A stretch of DNA of 64,000 nt from Octopus vulgaris. Lineage: Eukaryota. Shown here in pieces: positions 55,439-64,000 of this stretch. The stretch is from assembly GCA_951406725.2 (NCBI GenBank), contig OX597833.1, positions 55,924,001-55,988,000 on the forward strand, in the 5' to 3' direction. How positions within the stretch are numbered: position 1 is the first letter of the stretch; every line of letters begins with the position of its first letter. The notes beneath the pieces were generated by a model. It did not search any database, was not told the DNA's origin, and saw only the letters and a list, made by a program, of their open reading frames with translations. The translations under genes were made by a program, and so were the position numbers.

Positions 55439-57532
55439 TAACATCACAATCAAACTGTTTACAAGATCCTATTTTTCTTTGCACTTGTTTAACAGCCCTC
55501 AGTTCCAAAGCACTGCTGTAAATCACTGTCAAATTTGATTCTTTTTTCTTTTTCGTTATTTTGGGGCTTAATTATTAAATATAACTTTTTTTTCACCACT
55601 TAAAAGTGAATGTTGTGTGATAGTTACCATGAGAAAACCTCATATAGGCTTTTGGTGCATACAAGCACTCTTGTTTACATTGCTAACGGGAAATAAACCA
55701 CCTGTCCTCACTGCCACCAAGACGACTAGATCACTTGATTTTGGCCTTCCTTGGCCTCGTCAATGGTAGACACCCGACCACTGGAAATATCAGTGACAAC
55801 TCCGTTAGTATTACACATAGAATCACAGTACCTAATCAGGCACTGGTTTCACAAATAGCCAGTGGGCTTGTTGAGAAAAAATTTATTGGTGACAGAAGCA
55901 GTATAAACACAAAAAGGTAATGTCTATCATCACTTAAAAGTGGATGTTGTGTTAATTTTTAATAATTTTTTTTTTTGATAAGATTGTTAATTCTTCTTAT
56001 TTGCAACATCCCCTTCACAATCTAGCAGAACATATAACTGTTGCAACTTTTTAAGGCTTTAGTGAAGTGAAAGGAAAGCTTGGAGGGAAATTGATTGACA
56101 GTTGCCTTTTTCTTGGAATCCCAAACAAGTAAATTGAAATCCCAAATTTTCAGCACAGCAGAACTGCTAAAAATTTCACAAATTACTCAAACACTCAGTG
56201 TGTAATATGAGAAGATCTTTCAGACTGTTCCATCATAAAAAAACAACTATTCTGCTCCTTTCGTCCAACATCAGTTCTGCAAAAGCTTATTTATGTTTAT
56301 ATAATTCAAATAGTATTCCTGAACCAATGTTTTACAAATATTATTCCGTCAACAGGAATTACAATTCAGAAAATATAATTCAGGCAATTATTTGTGGAGA
56401 AGTATTTGGATAAGCATATTTGCCATTTGCATGTATTTTACAACAGCAGATATGACATCGTTGGTATCAACCACTTACAGCTTACTTGTATAATAAATAA
56501 ATATTTTAAATTCAAATGCATTTTGGAAATTTTCAATCAACAGCCTTGTTTTTCTAGAGTCAGTCACACTTTGTGTGTGTAGGTGTGTGTGTGTGTGTGT
56601 GTGTGTATTCCAAAGAGGCAAGATAATTCCGAACTCATGGCCCTTTTGTGATGCTTCTGGATCAAAATCTTTGAAATCGGTACACAATTATGAAAATGGA
56701 AAACCTCTCATTGAAATATTAAACTCTCTCTCTTCACTTCTCTTGTTGTTGTTGTTGGTGTTCAGCTCCGTCTCAGCTCTGCTAGAGCAAATTTATAATC
56801 AAGAGTTCCAGCTAAGAACATCCCATCTTTCTAAATAACAGTACACCTAGGTCTACCAAACTGACTATAGTTTTTATTTATTTGGGGATTTTTTACATAT
56901 GAAGACCTGTTGAGGCAAGTGAAATCAAAATCGAAATCAAATTCAATGACTGGCATCCATGCTAGTGGAGCGCTAAGAGTACCATACAAGCGTGATCGTC
57001 GCCAGAGCAACAAGCTGGCCTCCATGCTGGTGGCACATAAAAAACAACATTCGAGCATGTCGCCTTACTCGCACTTGTGCTTGTGGCACATGAAAAAACA
57101 TTTGAGCGAGGTCGTTGCCAGTGCCACTGGACTGGCTCCTATGCAGGTGGCACATAAAAGACACCACTTGAGCGTGGCCTGACTGGCCCTCGTGGTGGTG
57201 GCACGTAAAAGCACCCACTACACTCTCAGAGTGGTTGGCGTTAGGAAGGGCATCCAGCTGTAGAAACTCTGCCAGATCAGATTGGAGTCTGGTGCAGCCA
57301 TCTGGTTCACCAGACATCAGTCAAATTGTCCAACCCATGCTAGCATGGAAAACGGACGTTAAACGACGACGGGGGCAGTACTTTGAAAAATTTTTTGTCA
57401 AACGAATTGACCCCAGTACTTATTACTTTTTAAGCCTGGTACTTATTCTATCAGTTTCTTTTGCCGAACTGCTGAGTTATGGGGATGTAGACACCAATCC
57501 CAGTTGTCAGGTGATGGTAGGGGACAAACATA

Positions 57533-57575
<43 letters not shown>

Positions 57576-57578
57576 ACA

Positions 57579-57796
57579 GGAGGGGTTGCTGAAAGGTTCC
57601 TGGCTTTAAGGCTCTCACAAAAGGCTTGGTTGGAGGCCCAACCTTCTGAGTTTTTTTTCACAGAGCTTAGAAAAACTGAAGGATCACTGCAATAAGTTTG
57701 TGAATCTGAGAGGGGAATATGTTGAATAAAATCATAATTAACTGACCCTTCTGTATTTTCTCATACCCAAAGCCAGGAACTTTTCAGCACCCCTTC
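57579..57796 (+). mobile_element. Mariner-derived MITE
   Basis: Imperfect TIRs of about 29 bp (gaggggttgctgaaaggttcctggcttt / aaagccaggaactttttcagcaccccttc). Internal remnant K.VNLRGEYVE* resembles a mariner transposase C-terminus. Confidence 0.75.
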
Positions 57797-57861
<65 letters not shown>

Positions 57862-58050
57862 TTTTTTGCGTGATGAGATAAAAAACCAAGGCTGTATGGA
57901 TATTAGAACATTTATAGATAGAAGGTCTTACAGCTGTTTCCAGGATATTTATTTAATTATATACCTTCATCGGAGACGGTGTGAGAGGATGGTTAAGTAA
58001 TACTTTATTTAGATAGGATATATATAATTTAGATAGGATATATGTATGTA

Positions 58051-58112
<62 letters not shown>

Positions 58113-59359
58113 ATATATATGTGTATGTGTTTACAATGGGCTTCTTTCAGTTTCTGTCAAATGCATCCACTCACAAGGTTTCAGTCAGCCAGAGGCTATA
58201 GCAGAAGACACTTGTCCAAGGTGCCATGCAGTGGGATGAACTCAGAACCATGTAGTTACAAACCAAGCTTCTTACCACACAGCTACGCATGTGCCTGTAT
58301 CTTTATTTCTCTTACATATTTTCCTTTTGAGACGGAATATCATGTGATGCCCAAGAAAACATGCTTGCAGCAAAAAGATGATTTTCAAAGCCCCACTGAT
58401 TTATACTCCAGCATCTGAAATGAGTTCAGGAGCCAGCTATTTTTGTTTAATAGCTATAACTTGTGTAGTTTAGTGTGCTTTGCTTTTTACACTTTTCTGT
58501 CTATCTTTCGGCATGTATATTTTGTTAATTATTAATTTCATGTATCCATACAATATTTTCCCACCATATATAGGCACAGGAAATGGCTGTGTGGTTAAGA
58601 AGTTCATTATTTTGCAGTCACATGGCTTTGGGTTCAGTCCCACTGTGTAATGCCTTGGGCAAGTGACTTCCACTGTAGCCCTGCACCAACCTATGCCTTT
58701 GAGCTAAGCAAACAGAAATTATGTAGAAGCCCATCATATATATATATATATATGCATACATACATAAATACATACATACATACATATATACACACACACA
58801 CACACATATATATATACATATACGTGTATGTGTGTGAGTGTGTGAGTGTGTGCACATCTTTGTATATGTGTTTTACATACACACTACTACTACTACTACT
58901 ACTTGATATGGTGTTGGTTTGTTTACATCCCTGTAACTACAATAGAATAAGTACCAGACCTAAAAGAAAAACACAAGTTGGGGTTGATTTGTTCAACTAA
59001 AACTCTTCAGGGCAGTGCTACAGCATGGCCACAGTTCAATGATTACTACAATTAAAAGATATATATATGTATATATGTACTAGTCTGAAGTTGTTTCAGG
59101 AAGTCTATTTCTGCATATATCCACAATGTCATTATCCACAATGTCACACTTCTATTACACCTGAAGACAAAAAGAAAATATACTGATGAAAACATTGAGT
59201 TGACACAAATACAAATTTTTGGATTAATAACCAGGTAACATCTATGGAAAAATAAGAATTCATTCAGAATTGTGTGGGAATTTGCCTGAGAGACCAGACA
59301 GCAGCAATATGGATTATGCAGGTGTTTTCACTTATTGCTAGATTGATTTTACCTTTCAA

Positions 59360-59672
59360 ACGGTACAGCTCCCATGACTTTCAGATACGTTTTTTCACGC
59401 TAAGAGTTGCTGAAGCATGGAACAAACTGCCGACATCAGTTGTTAGTTGTCAGAGCACTGCATCCTTCAAAACTTCCATGCTTCCAGAGATTCGCCAACA
59501 CTACACCTGATTTTCTCCCCTCCATACACACGCAAGCATGTATCTGACTCATATACTGTTCACTTTCAAGACATTTGTATATTACTGCATATGCTTTATA
59601 CACACTTTTGACAAGTTGTGGTGCACCTGAGCACTGTATACAATAATTTCATTATTATTATTATTATTATTA
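59360..59672 (+). mobile_element. CR1/L2-group LINE 3' fragment
   Basis: RFFTLRVAEAWNKLPTSVVSCQSTASFK matches the FF..RV...WN.LP..VV......FK C-terminal motif; ends in an (ATT)n tail. Confidence 0.78.
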
Positions 59673-60406
59673 AACTTCTGAAGTTCATAAAATAAATTGC
59701 TATCATAGTCTGCATTCATTATACTTGGTAACTCCTGAAACTAGTAAAAAGATAAAATGTTCGAAATCTGTAAAATCTCTCTGCAATAATTCATCTAAAA
59801 ATATAGACATCAAAACTAAAATTGTTCATTTAAATTTTCTATTTATAATGAAATAAAATGATTATCACTGTCGTAAAATTAATGTCATACATTTCCAATA
59901 TCTGCAAGAATTGTCTGGTCATTGGGAAATATTACCTTGCTTGAAAACAGATGAAGGGCATCCAGCCATAGAAAATCTGCCTCAGTTGATTACATCTGAC
60001 CCATGCAAGCATGGAAAAGTAGACATCAAAATAATGTTGGTGATGATTTAGCATTTAATGGCTTATATCTTTAGCTGAAATATATCTATTTTGATAGCAA
60101 TGACAAGACTTGTAAAACTTGTAAAAATAATTAAAAATTTCACATACTTTAGCTGTGTTGCCATTTTCAAACAACAGAATTTAGGAAAATAAAAATAAGA
60201 AATAAGTGGAAATTTTACCGGTGAGTGTGTTACATTAACACACAAAGAAAATGACTCTCCCCAGACACAACAAAACAACTGAATATTATACTTTATATCA
60301 AAAGTTAAAAGAATCACCCTTCAAAATACCCAGCAGTAAACTAGTCAAATAACAGACACAATACAATATGACTATAAAAAACATCTCAGTTCAGATATGA
60401 TATTAA

Positions 60407-60627
60407 CCCTTTCGTTACCAACCCGGTTGAAACCGGCTCTGGCTCTTTAGTATAAATATTTTGTTTTCATAAGTTTTGAATTCAAATCTTCCACCAAATC
60501 TTAATCACAATTTATGTTCCAAACACTAGCGCAATGATAACGATGTTATTTTACTAAATTCTTTGTTATACTTAAAATAATTGGAAGAAACACAGAGCAT
60601 CTCAAAATAAATACGGTAACGAAAGGG
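60407..60627. mobile_element. piggyBac-type MITE, 221 bp
   Basis: Perfect 13-bp TIR ccctttcgttacc / ggtaacgaaaggg, with TTAA on both sides (60403-60406 and 60628-60631). Confidence 0.88.
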
Positions 60628-60748
60628 TTAATGTAGAATGTTAGGAGGAACCTAAAGTTACATTCTGCTTATCAATGTTGAATCATCAATTTCTAATGAA
60701 CACTTTATATTTGTTGTGTTAACATATCCTCCTTGTTGTCTATCCCAG

Positions 60749-61051
60749 GCGCAAAGGCACAATTTCAACGGCCCACAATGTGGTCCGAAGCCTCATGAAT
60801 CTCGTGAACTTAATTTCGATCCTGAAGTAATGCGTGCTGGTGAAGGAATCATTGGACTTCAGGCAGGAAGCAACAAATTTGCAACACAGAAAGGAATGGT
60901 GATGGGTGGTGTCCGCCACGTAAATGACATCAAATCTGAAGAAGTCTCAGAAAAAGGCAAGTACACCATCAATCTCCAGTATGGCTTCAACCACGGAGCA
61001 AACCAAGCAGGAATGAACTTTGGAAAGAAAAGATCCATTGTAGACATATAA
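60749..61051 (+). CDS. Alternative terminal exon T6: linker + 2 calponin repeats
   Basis: Same acceptor (|GCG), phase 0. 2 repeats, ends RSIVDI*. 303 nt, open frame. Confidence 0.88.
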   Translation, partial: AQRHNFNGPQCGPKPHESRELNFDPEVMRAGEGIIGLQAGSNKFATQKGMVMGGVRHVNDIKSEEVSEKGKYTINLQYGFNHGANQAGMNFGKKRSIVDI

Positions 61052-62265
61052 TTTCACACCTGCAAAGGTGTAATTAAATTGTTTAAAAGGTTGTACTTTT
61101 CTTTGCAGCTAATAATTCCACTTCATTGCTTTACAACCTTCGATTTCAAAGCACACGGTTCTGTTATACTTCACTATCACAGCTTGCTTCTTTTTGCCTT
61201 AATTACTAATTGTAATCAGTTTCGGTAAGATTGTTGATTCAACGACAAATGATAGGACAGAAAATTATTTTCACTTCTCAAGGTGTTAGTGGAGTAAAAA
61301 AAAAAAAAAATTGGATGTTATTTCTTGAGTCCTGTAATGGACTGACATCTTACTCAGAGGGAATGTTGAGATCTCAGTCACTTATATGCTATGGAAACTA
61401 GGAACCTGGTTCCGTGAGTCTTAGGACTCAAGGCAGTAATGTCCAGTGGGTCGATGACGATGATGATGATGTTATTTCTTGGAATATCACACAAGTAATT
61501 TCAAGGACCCAAATTCAAAAATGCTGCAGTTTTAATAACAGCATCAATTACGAATCCAGTAAAGTGATCCAAGTTTGATGTTTATCAGTGCAGTATATAA
61601 ATATAATCAAAGCAGATAATGTAATTATCTTAATTAATCATAACCACAAACAAAGATAATATCCTTAAATGAAGCTTAAATATATTATTATTATTTTCAT
61701 GATGAGGAAAAGTCCAGTTTGATGAGTAAAGAAGAACTGAGTAAAATAACAGGATGGTCTAAGAGCTTTATGCTTAATCCAGAACAGAAAAGGATTTGAA
61801 CTAAGAGAGTGTACCCCAAAAACTTTATATGAGTTAAGACATCTAACTGAGAAATCTACCAAAGGTACTACAATGCAATCATATCTGTATTTAAATACAG
61901 CAGATGTTCTTTTTCAAAGTATTCCAGAATCTTGTTTGGAAGATGTATTTCATATAAGTTATCATCTGGACTCAAACTTGCTAACTTAGCAATAACAAAT
62001 AATGAAGCTTGCAAATGATCCCCCCAAAAAAGAACAAGATTATGCAAACCTCACTGTGGAATATAGAAAAAAAAGGAAGTCCTTCAAGCTGTTTCGACAC
62101 AAACACAACAGTACTGCACCCTTAGTTCAACATCTAGTCAACATCAAAAGCTGATATGTTTAAACATTTCAAATAATATTCCAAAACCGATATTCATTGA
62201 GCTGTATTGTATTAGTATACAAAATTTTCAATGGTAGAATTGGTACAACATCAAGCAAAACACTT

Positions 62266-62337
<72 letters not shown>

Positions 62338-62488
62338 TTATATTAAGGGGCATTTATGTATAGTTATGCCCTTAATATAAATAAATATATTTAAAGGGAA
62401 TAATCAATAAATTTTTCCCTTATGTGGTTTTTCACACTAACTACTTGATAAATTCTTATAAAGATTTTATCCTATTTTAAAATTATAT

Positions 62489-62544
<56 letters not shown>

Positions 62545-62552
<8 letters not shown>

Positions 62553-62824
62553 ATTAGGGCTTAGTAAAATAAATTACTTTGCCACATACTGAACTTAGTA
62601 GAAATAGCAGCCAAGAAAATTTTTTAGCCATTTCTACTACTTAAAGAAAATTCTCTCAGATAATGTTTACTCCAGACAGCTCACGTGAGCTGTCTGGAGT
62701 AAACATTATCTGAGAGAAATTTTCTTTAAGTAGTAGAAATGGCTAAAAAATTTTCTTGGCTGCTATTTCTACTAAGTTCAGTATGTGGCAAAGTAATTTA
62801 TTTTACTAAGCCTAATTATATAAT
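62545..62824. repeat. 280-bp spacerless palindrome
   Basis: Arms of about 140 bp are reverse complements centred on CACGTG (62682-62687); I see only two 1-nt indels. Confidence 0.95.
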
Positions 62825-62912
62825 GTAATATTTTGAATTCGCCTTAAATGGTCCTTTTACATACTGAACACTTGGTGAAATTGATTAATTAATTAATTTT
62901 ACCCTCAATTGT

Positions 62913-62955
<43 letters not shown>

Positions 62956-64000
62956 AATGTTAAACAATGAGATTGAATGCTCAATACCACACTGGTGGTT
63001 AAAAATTTATTTATTTGTGTATTAAGGCTACCATTAGTTTCATGTTAAGAAAGATATCTTAATATCCTAACAATTTCTCAAGCCGATCACAAAGAGGATG
63101 GTGTTTGTCTCCATTTTGGATGAAAACACAAAACATCTCGTGAAATGTCTTGAGAGTTCACAAAAAGTCTAGTAAGGGAAACAATAAATCAAGGGGTACA
63201 ACTCTTAGGTGACACCCTTTGAGGGATAATCTATATTTCTGAGGTGTACATGCCAGACAAGTGATTTGATCTGAGACGGTGTGTTGAAACTAAAAGGAAT
63301 ACGGCATGGAAGGTATTTATTAGCCCTTCGGAATCACACAAATAACTGTTAACGTCACTTAAATATTTATTATCCAGTGTCAAAATTTTCCTTGTATCAA
63401 CTATGGCCTGGTAACTTCCACATATATGCTTACGCAAGTACATATATACTCACACAAACACATACAGACGTATTGGAATATTACTCTGCTGCTAAGCACT
63501 CAACTATGAAGCTGAAATGGTAGTACCTATTTGCCATCCAGGCTGCCAAAGGTGAGCTAAATTATGTACCTTATCAAAGTCCACATTGCAATTTACATAT
63601 ATTGTGTCTCTTATGGGAATAACATGTTAGGAATTTTATTTCAGAAAATTATTTATGGAGAGACATTTCAATAACGACATTCATTGATATATGTATTTCT
63701 GTAATATTAACCACTCACAGCTTACCAGCTGTTTAATTAATAAATATTTATATAACGATTCATTCCTCTTTTTGTTATTTGTTGTTGTTTTCATTGATTA
63801 GCCCGTTTTTTCCATCCTCATTTTCGTATACATTCACTGCTTTCTTCCAAGGAATCTAATACTCTTAGCTTAGTTTTTCTTTGGGGCTGGCCAGATTGGA
63901 GCAATCTTGAGTATAACCAGTCGAAATTGCAAAGATAATCTGGAACTCGACTGAGGAAAGAAAACTCCGAATGACCCGTCCCTGTTTTCTTTGTATCATC

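Noticed and set aside
49276-60748. ORF-track N-termini MLTYPPCCLSQ / MSVLLTYPPCCLSQ suggesting stand-alone intronless genes
   Set aside because: These residues are the translated branch point and polypyrimidine tract ending in cag. Two of the starts are TTG/GTG, T2 lacks the extension, and homology to T1 begins exactly at AQR after the AG.

Overview
Eukaryotic, AT- and microsatellite-rich genomic DNA whose SINE content looks cephalopod (Octopus-like; this is an inference). The window holds one + strand calponin/transgelin/myophilin-family gene. Three shared exons encode a calponin-homology (CH) domain (6772-6902, 10050-10152, 11926-12063); the first coding exon was not found and is probably upstream. 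These are followed by six paralogous, intact, phase-0 terminal exons spread over 43 kb, each with its own acceptor, stop and 3' UTR. In genomic order they encode 7, 4, 6, 5, 3 and 2 calponin (CLIK) repeats, i.e. every integer from 2 to 7 exactly once, in steps of about 117 nt. The apparent system is a single CH domain joined to a selectable number of actin-binding repeats by alternative last-exon choice. The rest is microsatellites, four SINE families, a decayed DD41D Tc1/mariner element, MITEs, LINE 3' ends, a Helitron-like element, several minimal hammerhead-ribozyme-like motifs in (TA)n-embedded elements, and a 280-bp near-perfect palindrome. Most ORFs in the supplied track are microsatellite or SINE artefacts.
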